A stretch of DNA of 64,000 nucleotides, from positions 16,243-80,242 of the forward strand of contig JAEWQS010000189.1 in assembly GCA_023399095.1 (NCBI GenBank), read 5' to 3'. Made by a program: the position numbers and the translations under genes. Positions within the stretch are counted from its first letter, which is position 1, and every line of letters starts with the position of its first letter. This stretch comes from Bacillota bacterium (GTDB lineage Bacteria; Bacillota; Clostridia; Christensenellales; SZUA-584). Positions 26,758 to 36,550 of this stretch are shown here, one piece after another. Below the pieces are notes generated by a model. It saw only the letters and a program-made list of their open reading frames with translations. It was not told the DNA's origin and did not search any database.

Positions 26758-27709
26758 TGTAAAAAACTTCTTCGGGCGGTTCCGGGCAGCTACGATCATG
26801 CTTATCTTCATGGTATTTTGTGTCGTAATGGCCATTTCTTCGCCGTATTTCTTAACGTGGCCCAACATCAGCACCACAATCGTCGGCATGTCCACGAGCG
26901 TGATGGTCGTTGTTGGCATGACAGTGGTGATGGCTGCTGGTGGAATTGATCTTTCTGTAGGCTCCAACATGGCGCTATCCGGTGCTCTGACAGGGTATTT
27001 GTTTATCAATGTGGGCGGCATAGATATATGGGTCGCAGCATTGATTGGTCTGTTGGCTGCAGGGTTGGTCGGCTTCATTAACGGTCTGATTTTGAGCCGA
27101 ACGAATATCGCCCCAATGATCTGCACTCTGGGTACAATGAGCCTATCGCGGGGTATTGCGATGATTCTGACAACAGGATCCCCAATATCCATGAAAGACT
27201 CTCCGGATGCGTTCAAGGTCATCGGCAAAGGTTTGATGGGGCCGATACCAGTTCTGATTGTAATCGCAGTCATATTTGCAGTCGTATTTTCAGTGCTCAT
27301 GCAAAAATCCACCACGTTTAGGAAAGCCTATTATGTGGGATCCAGCGAACAGGCGGCCGAGTTCTCGGGCATTAACGTATCGCGCATCAAGATGGGCATC
27401 TACGTCCTCGCGGCGCTGCTTTCCGGTCTCGGTGGCATTATGACCGTCGCCCGATTCTCCGTGGCTTCTGCCAACGCAGGCAGCGGAATGGAAATGACCG
27501 CAATTTCGGCTTGCGTTATCGGCGGCTCGTCTTTGAACGGCGGTACAGGCTCCATCATCGGTGCTATTCTGGGCTTGATGCTGCTTACCTTTATTAACAA
27601 TGCTCTGGTGTTGTTGAGTGTAGATGTCTATTGGCAAGAAATGATTAGTGGCTGCATCCTGCTGTTAGCCGTGCTAGTCGATTATTTCAGCCATCGCACA
27701 AAAAAATGA
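26750..27709 (+). CDS. Sugar ABC transporter permease (RbsC/AraH type)
   Basis: 319-aa multi-TM protein. TTG start behind ggaggagag, overlapping the ATPase stop. Confidence 0.85.
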   Translation: MVNVKNFFGRFRAATIMLIFMVFCVVMAISSPYFLTWPNISTTIVGMSTSVMVVVGMTVVMAAGGIDLSVGSNMALSGALTGYLFINVGGIDIWVAALIGLLAAGLVGFINGLILSRTNIAPMICTLGTMSLSRGIAMILTTGSPISMKDSPDAFKVIGKGLMGPIPVLIVIAVIFAVVFSVLMQKSTTFRKAYYVGSSEQAAEFSGINVSRIKMGIYVLAALLSGLGGIMTVARFSVASANAGSGMEMTAISACVIGGSSLNGGTGSIIGAILGLMLLTFINNALVLLSVDVYWQEMISGCILLLAVLVDYFSHRTKK

Positions 27710-27722
27710 TTGGAAAGGGAAG

Positions 27723-28781
27723 ATGATTATGAAAAAATTGATGATTTTACTGCTGGCAGTTACTCTTGTGTTTTCCTTAGTTGGTTGCACAGTTCCTGAC
27801 ACGACCACCCCGTCCGCTGAAGCTCCTGCTGAAGCTCCTGCTGAGGCTCCTGCCGAGGCTCCCGCTGAAGCTCCCGCTGAGGCTCCTGTTGTGGCCAGCG
27901 ATGCTATTGGCGAATATTACATGATAACGTTTATGTCCGGTATCGATTACTGGAAGGGTTGCTTCGAAGGTTTTGAGCGTGCAGCCAAAGCTGTAGGTGC
28001 AACTGCGGTCTACACTGGCTCTGCAGAAGCAGATTTTGCTGCTGAGGTAGACGTTCTGAATCAGGTTATCGCCAAAAACCCCAAGGGTATTGCGCTGACC
28101 TGCGTAGACCCGGATGCTTTTGCGGATCCGATCCAGGCGGCCATTGACGCCGGTATCCCGGTCGTAACGTTTGACTCCGACAGCCCGAACTCTGGCCGTT
28201 ACGCATATCTGGGAACAGGTAACGAAGCTGCTGGTGGTGCTGCTGCCAAATACATGGCTGAAGCAATCGGCGGTTCCGGCGAAGTGGGCATCGTTTACTT
28301 TGCTGGTTCCCAGAACCAGGAAGAGCGCTCCGGCGGCTTTGAAAAATACATGGCTGCCAACTATCCCGATATCACGGTTTTAACGAAAGTCCACGGCGGC
28401 GATGACGAAACCTCATCCTCCGCTGCGGCTGCTGCTTTGATCACTGCGAATCCCAATATCAAGGGTATCTTCGGCGCTAATGCGTGGATGGGCCTTGGCG
28501 TGGGCAACGCGATTGAAGAAGCCGGCAAAGTCGGACAGATCTGCGGTGTTGCGTTCGATACCGACTCGGGCGTTCTTGACTACATCGAGAGCGGCACACT
28601 GAATGCTTCCGTTGTTCAGGGCACGCAGCAGATGGGTTACTGGTCATTCCAGTTCCTGTGGGCCATGAATACTGACGCTGTCATCGACGATTGGGCGACC
28701 AAGGGTCTGTCCCCGGTTCCGGGTGCCGTTGATACTGGCGTTTCCATGGCGACCAAGGACAATGTGGACCTCTTTCGCTAA
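27723..28781 (+). CDS. Sugar ABC transporter substrate-binding lipoprotein
   Basis: Signal peptide with lipobox LVGC, an (AEAP)6 linker, then a type-I periplasmic binding fold. ATG 27729 is an alternative start. Confidence 0.85.
   Translation: MIMKKLMILLLAVTLVFSLVGCTVPDTTTPSAEAPAEAPAEAPAEAPAEAPAEAPVVASDAIGEYYMITFMSGIDYWKGCFEGFERAAKAVGATAVYTGSAEADFAAEVDVLNQVIAKNPKGIALTCVDPDAFADPIQAAIDAGIPVVTFDSDSPNSGRYAYLGTGNEAAGGAAAKYMAEAIGGSGEVGIVYFAGSQNQEERSGGFEKYMAANYPDITVLTKVHGGDDETSSSAAAAALITANPNIKGIFGANAWMGLGVGNAIEEAGKVGQICGVAFDTDSGVLDYIESGTLNASVVQGTQQMGYWSFQFLWAMNTDAVIDDWATKGLSPVPGAVDTGVSMATKDNVDLFR
27816..27887 (+). repeat. Six tandem 12-bp units (gctgaagctcct-like) encoding (AEAP)6
   Basis: Read directly. 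The units differ only at wobble positions. Confidence 0.9.
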
Positions 28782-28888
28782 ATTCTAAGCACACTGTTGA
28801 GCGGATACCGCCTCTGTCTGCAGCAGGAAGGCTTGTCAAATGACGGGCCAGCGACAGTCGTGTATCCATGACTATGAATGATTTACGC

Positions 28889-28919
28889 CGAGGGGACCGG
28901 CTAACCCCTGTCCCCTCGG
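28889..28919 (+). terminator. Stable hairpin downstream of the binding-protein gene (possible terminator or processing site)
   Basis: 10-bp GC-rich stem ccgaggggac / gtcccctcgg. No T-tract follows. Confidence 0.35.
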
Positions 28920-28975
28920 TATAATCGACATCTATAACAAAAATACTAGAGTGAATTCTATAATTATTTGAGGAA

Positions 28976-30382
28976 GTGATTGATTCGATGTTGCAAAAAA
29001 TGAAACCAAAAATAGGTATTCTGGCTCTGATGCAGGGCTTGTACGATCATTCCCAGCCGGAAATTCCGGTAAATCAAACGAAATTCGTCAATGATGTTAT
29101 CGCGCAGCTGTCCGATGTCGTGGACGTCGACTTCCCTGGGCTTTCCAAGGAACGGCCGGACGCAGAGCGCATTGTCAAGCACTTCAACGACGCCTGCCTC
29201 GACGGCATCATGGTTATCAACACCTTATATTCTCCCGGCATGCGGATCGTTCAGGCATTCAAACAAAACAATCTGCCTGTCTTGCTTGCGAATATCCAGC
29301 CGCTGCCCGACGTAACGGACGACTGGAACTGGAGCCTTCTGACAACCAATCAGGGTATTCACGGTATACAGGATACCTCCAATATGCTGATGAGACTGGG
29401 CTATAAGCCGACCATCATCACTGAAGACTGGAAGAACGATCGCTTTAAAAACGTGGTTGAAGACTGGGCGATGGCGGCCAATACAGTGCGCCGTCTGAAA
29501 AATTGCCGCTTGGCTCTGATGCAGAAAATGCAGAACATGGGCGATATACTGGGTGATGAAGTGGCATACTTCCAGAAATTTGGCATCGAGGTGCTGCATG
29601 AAGGCGTTGGACAGATAGTGCCTCTCATGGACAAAATCACTGAGGCCGAAATCGATGCGCAAATCGCGGAAGACAAAAAGAACTTTGAAGTCAGGGATGT
29701 GCCTGAAAAGAATCACCGCTATGCTGCTAAGTTACAGCTGGCATTTGAGAAGTTCATGGAAATGAAGAAATACGACGGCTTCTCCGCTAACTTCATGGTC
29801 TATGAAGAGGATGGCCGCTTGGATCAGCTTCCGATACTGGGCGCTTGTAACATGATGGCGAAAGGCTATGCCTATTCCGCAGAAGGCGACGTTCATATCA
29901 TGGCGCTAATGGCTGCCGGGCATCTGCTGATTGGTAATCCGCATTTCACTGAGATGTATTCTCTTGATTTCGGCCGTGATGCCTGCATGTTCGCACATAT
30001 GGGTGAAGGCAACTGGAAGATCGCTCGCAAAGACCGTCCGGTTGTGCTGATTGACCGCCCGCTGGACATCGGCAACAAGGATAACCCGCCCACTCCCATA
30101 TTTGGTGCGGAGCTGGGAACAACCACAGTCGCTTCATTGGTGTCCATCTGCGGTGACAAGTACCGTCTGGTCGCGATGCGCGGCGAAGTGCTGGATACAA
30201 AAGTTATCCCCGGTATTCCGATGAACCATACTTTCTTCAAGCCGGACACCGGCGTTAAAGCCGCGATGGATGGATGGCTGAAATATGGCGGCACACATCA
30301 TCAGGTGATGTGGACCGGAGATTACATGGATCGGCTTGAACAGCTTTGCAATATCTGGGGTATTGAGTTCGTTACAGTCTAA
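28976..30382 (+). CDS. AraA/FucI-superfamily sugar isomerase paralog (unknown substrate)
   Basis: Colinear with the araA at 44812. The metal-ligand contexts are kept (YSAEGD, FTEMYS, FAHMGEG, GGTHHQV), but overall it is very divergent. The start is probably ATG 28988 or 29000. Confidence 0.7.
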   Translation: MIDSMLQKMKPKIGILALMQGLYDHSQPEIPVNQTKFVNDVIAQLSDVVDVDFPGLSKERPDAERIVKHFNDACLDGIMVINTLYSPGMRIVQAFKQNNLPVLLANIQPLPDVTDDWNWSLLTTNQGIHGIQDTSNMLMRLGYKPTIITEDWKNDRFKNVVEDWAMAANTVRRLKNCRLALMQKMQNMGDILGDEVAYFQKFGIEVLHEGVGQIVPLMDKITEAEIDAQIAEDKKNFEVRDVPEKNHRYAAKLQLAFEKFMEMKKYDGFSANFMVYEEDGRLDQLPILGACNMMAKGYAYSAEGDVHIMALMAAGHLLIGNPHFTEMYSLDFGRDACMFAHMGEGNWKIARKDRPVVLIDRPLDIGNKDNPPTPIFGAELGTTTVASLVSICGDKYRLVAMRGEVLDTKVIPGIPMNHTFFKPDTGVKAAMDGWLKYGGTHHQVMWTGDYMDRLEQLCNIWGIEFVTV

Positions 30383-30512
30383 TGCAGGGCATTGGAATAA
30401 GAGAAACAGGGAACAATTAATTTGTTAAAAGTGAAGGGCCATAACAGACGCCTGCTATGGCCCTACTTTCCATATTGAAGTATGGAAAAGCAAAATCAAA
30501 GGAGAAACAGTA

Positions 30513-30902
30513 ATGAAATTCACCGCTGTTGACCACATCACCATCAATTGTTGTAAGCTTCAGGAAAGCTTCGATTTCTATGAGAATGTTCTCGGATTGA
30601 GCCGTGTCAGTATGGTCGATATGGGGGATCATGTGTTATACTTGTATCAACTGCCCGGCGCGAGGCTTGAGCTGATCGAATACAAAAATGAGCAAACACA
30701 TGTCATTGCCGGAAATACGGATATAGGGGTATACCGTCATTTTGCGCTTCGTGTCGATGATATCGAAGAAGCGTACAGGCGCTGCCAATTGGCGGGTTAT
30801 CCAATCAACTTAGAACCCACATCGATCGAAAAGCTGAACGGTCAGGTTGTTATGCTTATCGTCGATCCAAATGGTGTGGAGATAGAGATTATTCAGGAAT
30901 AA
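30513..30902 (+). CDS. VOC/glyoxalase-family protein
   Basis: 129 aa with HITINC...FY and HFALRVDD beta-alpha-beta-beta-beta module signatures. Confidence 0.7.
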   Translation: MKFTAVDHITINCCKLQESFDFYENVLGLSRVSMVDMGDHVLYLYQLPGARLELIEYKNEQTHVIAGNTDIGVYRHFALRVDDIEEAYRRCQLAGYPINLEPTSIEKLNGQVVMLIVDPNGVEIEIIQE

Positions 30903-30996
30903 CTGATCATCTGCTTTAAAAGACGGTAGGATCATGAATCCGTTAATATAGTAATTCTAACAGTATTTTTTAAATACATGGAAGGAGACAAGGACA

Positions 30997-32526
30997 ATGA
31001 AAGACATATTACTAATGGCTGTAGACCTGGGAACAAGTTTTATTAAAGTGGGTGTGTATAATACAAACAGCGAATGTGTCGCAGTGGAAACTGAACCTGT
31101 AAAAGACTATCGTCCAAGCCCGGGCGTATTTATACAAAAGGGTGATGAGCTGTTCGCATCCGTCCTTGCATGTATAAAAAAAGTGGCGGCAATATTGGGA
31201 GACCGTGCAAAAAATATAGAAGCTATAGCGTTTACAGGCCAGATGTCGGGTTTTATGGGCGTTGACGAACACTGGAACGACATCACAACATGGTCTTGCT
31301 CTCTGGACAGCCGGTATATGCCTTATGCAGAGCGCCAGATGGCGGAACTTAAAGACCAGTTCCTAGGGATTGGCGGAACAAACTTTCCGCAGATGGCACC
31401 AAAGTTTGAGTGGTTTAAAAAGGAATTTCCGCTTGAGAGCAGTAAGATCGCAAAATATCTGATGATATCGGGTTATGTGATAGGCAAACTTGGAGATTTA
31501 TCAATAGATGACGCCGTAATAGACCGTACATTTACGCAATGGACCGGTTTGGCCGATGTGAGAAAAGACAGATGGTCCAAAGAAATATGCGACGCTATAC
31601 ACTTGGATCAAAAATATCTGCCTAACATCGTCAATTCAAATGATATTTGCGGTTATCTGTCGGAAAGCAGCGCAAAAGAGACCGGATTGAAAGCAGGTAT
31701 TCCGTTGGTATCAGGCGCAGGAGACAAACCGGCCGGCTGTCTCGGAGCCGCGATTGTAACGCCTGGGGATATGATTTTTGAAGCATCCTCATACGGCGAA
31801 ATTAGCTGCTGCGTAGAGGAATACCGCCCGGATTTTGAGGAAAGACGCTTAGATGTGATACCTTCGGCGGTTGCGGGCGAGTTTTATGCGACTCATTTTG
31901 TGGCAGGCTCGGGCATTACCCTTGACTGGTTTATGAATACGTTTGTCAGACAAGAAGGCATCAGCACAAAACAAATGTTTGAGCAGATGGAAGAAAAAGT
32001 CGCAAAGATTTCACCCGGCTGTGACGGTGTGATGGCCCTTGGGCTTTTGGGCGGAAGCAGTATGCCTCTGGATGGGATTTTAAGAGGGCTCTGGATGGGG
32101 CATGACTGGAGTCACAAAAAGGAGCATTTCTATCGTGCGTTGCTGGAGAGCTTTTCGTATGATTTTGCACTCTGCATTCGCTGCATCGAAAGGCTGTATC
32201 CGGAATATGCACTGGATGTGATTCGTATTATCGGCGGCGGTGCAAAGTCGCCCGTATGGACGCAGATGTGCGCCGACGTACAAGGAAAAACGTATCATGT
32301 GCTTAACAGAGAAGATGTGGCCATGTGGGGTGCGGCAATGCTCGCCGGGAATGCCATTGGCGTGTTCGGTGATTTAAAGGATACGGCCAAAGCCTATGTG
32401 AAGCCGGAAAAGGAATACAAGCCTGACATGAATAAAAAGGCGCAGTATGCAAAATATTTGGGTGTTTATGAAAAGTATATGATAGAGCTGCATGATTTCT
32501 TTGAGAGACTGCAGAATATTCAATAA
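30997..32526 (+). CDS. FGGY-family carbohydrate kinase (xylulokinase-like)
   Basis: N-terminal LMAVDLGTSFIKVG, mid GAGDKPAGCLGA, and C-terminal IGGGAKSPVWTQMCADV. Confidence 0.85.
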   Translation: MKDILLMAVDLGTSFIKVGVYNTNSECVAVETEPVKDYRPSPGVFIQKGDELFASVLACIKKVAAILGDRAKNIEAIAFTGQMSGFMGVDEHWNDITTWSCSLDSRYMPYAERQMAELKDQFLGIGGTNFPQMAPKFEWFKKEFPLESSKIAKYLMISGYVIGKLGDLSIDDAVIDRTFTQWTGLADVRKDRWSKEICDAIHLDQKYLPNIVNSNDICGYLSESSAKETGLKAGIPLVSGAGDKPAGCLGAAIVTPGDMIFEASSYGEISCCVEEYRPDFEERRLDVIPSAVAGEFYATHFVAGSGITLDWFMNTFVRQEGISTKQMFEQMEEKVAKISPGCDGVMALGLLGGSSMPLDGILRGLWMGHDWSHKKEHFYRALLESFSYDFALCIRCIERLYPEYALDVIRIIGGGAKSPVWTQMCADVQGKTYHVLNREDVAMWGAAMLAGNAIGVFGDLKDTAKAYVKPEKEYKPDMNKKAQYAKYLGVYEKYMIELHDFFERLQNIQ

Positions 32527-32724
32527 GGCTAAATTGCGCAACTGATATTGAAAATAAAAGAATAGCGGTGTGGGGCGGGTATTATCAAAACAATACTCGC
32601 CCCATCAAGCATAAACAATAAACATGTAGTTAGCATTATAAGATAGACACGAAAACTCGTAACTAAGATAATATAAATGGAGGTGCGAGTATAACAGAAA
32701 TACACAAAGGGACACACTGCTAAG

Positions 32725-33177
32725 ATGCCTCTATCAAGTTTAGCGGAAAAATCACATTGGTTCCGATGTACAAAGCATTTCTTTCGCAGGTTTACTATAG
32801 AATATTTCTCTCATATGTTTTGGTTATGTTTTACGGTAATCGCAACACCGCCTTTTTTGTGCCCTTTTCCTACATATGCGCTTAGAGCTATCAAAATTTT
32901 TGGCTTGCGGTTTTTCTTAATGACACTGATTATGCAAAAACAATGACTGAAAAATACCCCCCCTGCTTATGATATGCTTTTGAATTGGTTGCAAGATGCG
33001 AAGCGGGATGGGAAAATTAAATCTGAAAATTTGTTGCTTTCGGCTAGGATTTTTTATTCAATGATTAATGGGGCTATAACCTGGCCTGCTTTTTATACTG
33101 ACAAAATTGAAAAAACAGACAACGAACCTCTGGTTAACGAGATTATTGAAACCTTTCTTGCCAGATACGGAAAGTAA
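32725..33177 (+). pseudogene. Possible decayed TetR-family regulator remnant
   Basis: ORF 32974..33177 resembles a TetR C-terminal ligand domain ending ...IIETFLARYGK. ORF 32725..32946 has only a faint HTH-like stretch (LAEKSHWFRCTKHFF). The two pieces are in different frames. Confidence 0.25.
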
Positions 33178-33488
33178 TTAAAACAATGCGCAGCGGTATG
33201 CTTTAGTTACGCTATTTTCAAAAGATTCCTTATAAGATTCCGCCTTAATATCCACTCAATGATCCCTTAGGCCGTTATAACGAACATCTGCATTAAGGAT
33301 CTGCCGTTCTTTTTGGCACGGGGTCTACGGATATGCAATATATCCAAGCAGAAGAAGTTTATCATAAATAAACGAACTGATATCAAAAATAATTCTATTG
33401 TCATTATGATTTAGTGATGTATAATAATTAGGGATTCTATGCAAATCAAATTTAAAGACAAACACGTCTATTAGAAGGGAAGATCACC

Positions 33489-35105
33489 ATGTTTAAGGTC
33501 TTTCTTGTCGAAGATGAGATTGTGGTACGCGAAGGCATACGCAACAACATTAATTGGGAGCAGTATGGCTTTATTTATGCTGGCGACGCTTCGGACGGAG
33601 AACTCGCATTGCCATTAATTCGCCAGATACAGCCCGATCTTCTTATTACTGATATTAAGATGCCGTTCATGGACGGATTGTCGTTAATCGAGCTGATCCG
33701 CACGGAACTGCCAAGGACAAAAATTGTCATAATCAGTGGGTACGACGATTTTTCTTACGCGCAAAAAGCAATTCGTATTGGCGTTGAACAATATCTTCTT
33801 AAGCCGATAATAAAAGAAAAAATGGTGGACATCCTGATTGAGTTGCACGGAAAAATGGAAGCCGAGCATCAGCAACTTGAATATATCGCGAGGTTTGAGC
33901 AGGAAGCCCAAGAGTACGAGATGTTTTCGCGCAGGAGGTTTTTTGAGCAAATCGTCACAGGCGGTTTGAGCGTATCAATAATCTCTGAAACAGCGAAGGC
34001 GTTGGGCATAGACGTGAACGCCCCGTTTTATAATATTGTGCTTTTTTCGCTTAACAGCGCCGGATATGATGCAAGCAAACCGGAGAGATATACCGACGCA
34101 CTCACGGTGGTACAGGACAATATCAGGCAGTATATCGTCAGCCATACGGAGTTGATTCTGTTCAACTGGAACGTCACGACATACGCCATTTTGGTAAAGG
34201 GCTCTCAAGACGATATCGAGCAGCGAACCAGACATTGTATCGAGAACATACAGCGGTGCTGTGACATGGCGGAATCCGATGTCAAATGGTATACCGCATG
34301 CGGCAGTCCGGTATCTCGGCTCGGCGCTATACCAGCTTGTTTTGGAGAGGCAAGCCGTATACTGTCCTATCGTTATTTATGCCCAGAGAAACATATGCTG
34401 ACTGAAGCAAGTATTCAAGATTTCAGAAAAAAGGACGGCTCCAAAGAGAAGACGTGTAAAACGGAGATCGATCAGGAGGGTGTCCGCAAGTTTCTAAGCG
34501 GCGGAGCGGTAGAAGAGATCGACCGCTTTATTGATCAGCTGTTTCAAAGCGCCGGAGAAGAAGCTGTTTCCATGCCGCTGTTTTGCAGATATTTGACATT
34601 GACGGTTTACTTCGCGGCTAATGAGTATCTGAATTCGATTGGCTGCCGTGCGGACAGCTTGTGGTCGACGGAACTTCGTCCAAGTGACAGCGCATCGACA
34701 CCGGAGGAAGCGCACAAGTTCGCTCGTCAGATTATGGAACAAGCAATCAGGCTGCGTGACAGTGAAAGCAAAAAGCAGCAGCGCCACTTGCTGACTCAGG
34801 CAATCGAGTTCATTGATGAGTATTATCCGGATGAATCGATATCGCTTGACCGTGTGGCCAGAAAAGTGAATATCAGCCCAAACTACTTTTCGGCGATGTT
34901 CAGCCAGGAAGTCGGGCAAACATTTATAGAATATTTGACTAATAAAAGGATCGACGAGGCAAAACGCTTGCTCCGTCAAACGGACAAGCGTTCCAGCGAA
35001 ATCGCGTTTACCGTCGGATACAAGGACCCGCACTATTTCAGCTTCGTATTCAAGAAAGTTTCGGGCTGTACGCCCAGTGAATATCGCAAAGGAAGCAAGT
35101 TGTGA
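33489..35105 (+). CDS. Response regulator with AraC-type HTH output (YesN-like)
   Basis: Receiver domain (LITDIKMPFMDG) and a C-terminal AraC HTH (ISPNYFSAMFSQEVGQTF...GYKDPHYFSFVFKK). Confidence 0.9.
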   Translation: MFKVFLVEDEIVVREGIRNNINWEQYGFIYAGDASDGELALPLIRQIQPDLLITDIKMPFMDGLSLIELIRTELPRTKIVIISGYDDFSYAQKAIRIGVEQYLLKPIIKEKMVDILIELHGKMEAEHQQLEYIARFEQEAQEYEMFSRRRFFEQIVTGGLSVSIISETAKALGIDVNAPFYNIVLFSLNSAGYDASKPERYTDALTVVQDNIRQYIVSHTELILFNWNVTTYAILVKGSQDDIEQRTRHCIENIQRCCDMAESDVKWYTACGSPVSRLGAIPACFGEASRILSYRYLCPEKHMLTEASIQDFRKKDGSKEKTCKTEIDQEGVRKFLSGGAVEEIDRFIDQLFQSAGEEAVSMPLFCRYLTLTVYFAANEYLNSIGCRADSLWSTELRPSDSASTPEEAHKFARQIMEQAIRLRDSESKKQQRHLLTQAIEFIDEYYPDESISLDRVARKVNISPNYFSAMFSQEVGQTFIEYLTNKRIDEAKRLLRQTDKRSSEIAFTVGYKDPHYFSFVFKKVSGCTPSEYRKGSKL

Positions 35106-36550
35106 TCAAAAAATCTTGGCAGAAAGCGCAAAAAGAAAAAAAGCCCATGCAGAGAAGTATATGGAAGATGATATTAATCATCGCATTTCCTCTGATGATT
35201 GTCATCATCGCAATCGCGCTTATAGGGATCGTGTATGCGCTGCAGTATCAAGAGATTCTGAAAAACGTTACAACGGCCTCAGACTTCAATCAGAACTTCA
35301 AGTATGACGTCGATCTAAAAATGTATTACTTTGTGATCGACAGTGAGTATTCGGAAGGACTGCCGCTTGACGAATTGCAATCCGCGGAATCGATCGCTCG
35401 AAGGCTGATCAATACGACGACGGAAAAGGATAGTTTGCGCGCAATCAACAGCGTGCTGAACTTTTGCCAAGGCCTTGAGAATAAAATGCAGATGATCGCG
35501 CAAACGAAAGAGTATGATGTCCGCATGGATCAGCTAAAAACAGACATTTACTTGATGACAGAACAGATTCAGACGTACATAAATACTTATCTTTATTACG
35601 AGGCGGCACATCTAAATGACTTGCAGACGGCCATGATCAGGAACATGATCGTTTTTATGAGTGTGGTCGTCGTTTTATCGATGGTATTGCTGTATTTTCT
35701 ATTAACATATTCGAGAAAGCTGACCAGCAGGATCGTGAATCCGATCGACATGATTTGTGAACGACTGGAAGCAATCGGCAAGGGTAACCTGCTGGTTTGT
35801 GAGCCGATTCAAGCAGATGTGGAGGAAGTGCAGCTTCTTTCCGATGGCATAGAGAGCATGGTTGGGCGACTGAAGCTGCTGATTAAAAAGAATGCCGAGC
35901 AGGAAAAGCAGCGCAGAGGCACCGAATTGGCACTGCTGCAGGCGCAGATCAATCCGCATTTTCTCTATAATACACTGGATACCATTGTATGGTTAATAGA
36001 GTCAGGAGAAATCAGCTCAGCGGTTACGATGGTGGACAGCCTGTCAAATTTTTTCCGTTTCTCGCTAAGCCGCGGAAAAAACGTGATTACACTCGCCGAG
36101 GAAGAGCGGCACATTCGAAGCTATCTGGAAATTCAGCAGATGCGTTACCGGGATCTCATGGAATATAAAATCGACATCCCGGATCAAATGAAAAATTTCA
36201 TATTACCGAAGCTTACCCTGCAGCCGCTGGTGGAAAATGCGCTGTATCATGGTATAAAAATACGACGGCGAAAAGGCTTAATCAAAGTGACCGGCAGAAT
36301 GCAGGAGGAAAGCTTGATATTAGAGGTAACCGACGACGGATCAGGCATGACGGAGGAGCGCTTAAGCGAGATACGGGCATCCCTTTCGCATAAAATGAGT
36401 GACGGGTTTGGGCTCCGGACGGTGCACCAAAGGATTCAAATATTTTTTGGCGGTGAATATGGTTTATCTGTGGAAAGTACGCCAGATACCGGCACAAGGA
36501 TCACAGTGACGATTCCCATACAGACCTTTGATAAGGAGATGAGAGCTTGA
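35102..36550 (+). CDS. Sensor histidine kinase (YesM/LytS-type His_kinase)
   Basis: Two TM segments, INPHFLYNTLD phospho-acceptor box, N-box LVENALYHG and G-box DDGSGM. The GTG start overlaps the response-regulator stop. Confidence 0.85.
   Translation: MIKKSWQKAQKEKKPMQRSIWKMILIIAFPLMIVIIAIALIGIVYALQYQEILKNVTTASDFNQNFKYDVDLKMYYFVIDSEYSEGLPLDELQSAESIARRLINTTTEKDSLRAINSVLNFCQGLENKMQMIAQTKEYDVRMDQLKTDIYLMTEQIQTYINTYLYYEAAHLNDLQTAMIRNMIVFMSVVVVLSMVLLYFLLTYSRKLTSRIVNPIDMICERLEAIGKGNLLVCEPIQADVEEVQLLSDGIESMVGRLKLLIKKNAEQEKQRRGTELALLQAQINPHFLYNTLDTIVWLIESGEISSAVTMVDSLSNFFRFSLSRGKNVITLAEEERHIRSYLEIQQMRYRDLMEYKIDIPDQMKNFILPKLTLQPLVENALYHGIKIRRRKGLIKVTGRMQEESLILEVTDDGSGMTEERLSEIRASLSHKMSDGFGLRTVHQRIQIFFGGEYGLSVESTPDTGTRITVTIPIQTFDKEMRA

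Noticed and set aside
27816-27887. Regularly spaced short repeats, considered as a possible CRISPR-like array
   Set aside because: The units are contiguous 12-bp repeats without spacers. They lie in frame inside a lipoprotein gene and encode (AEAP)6.
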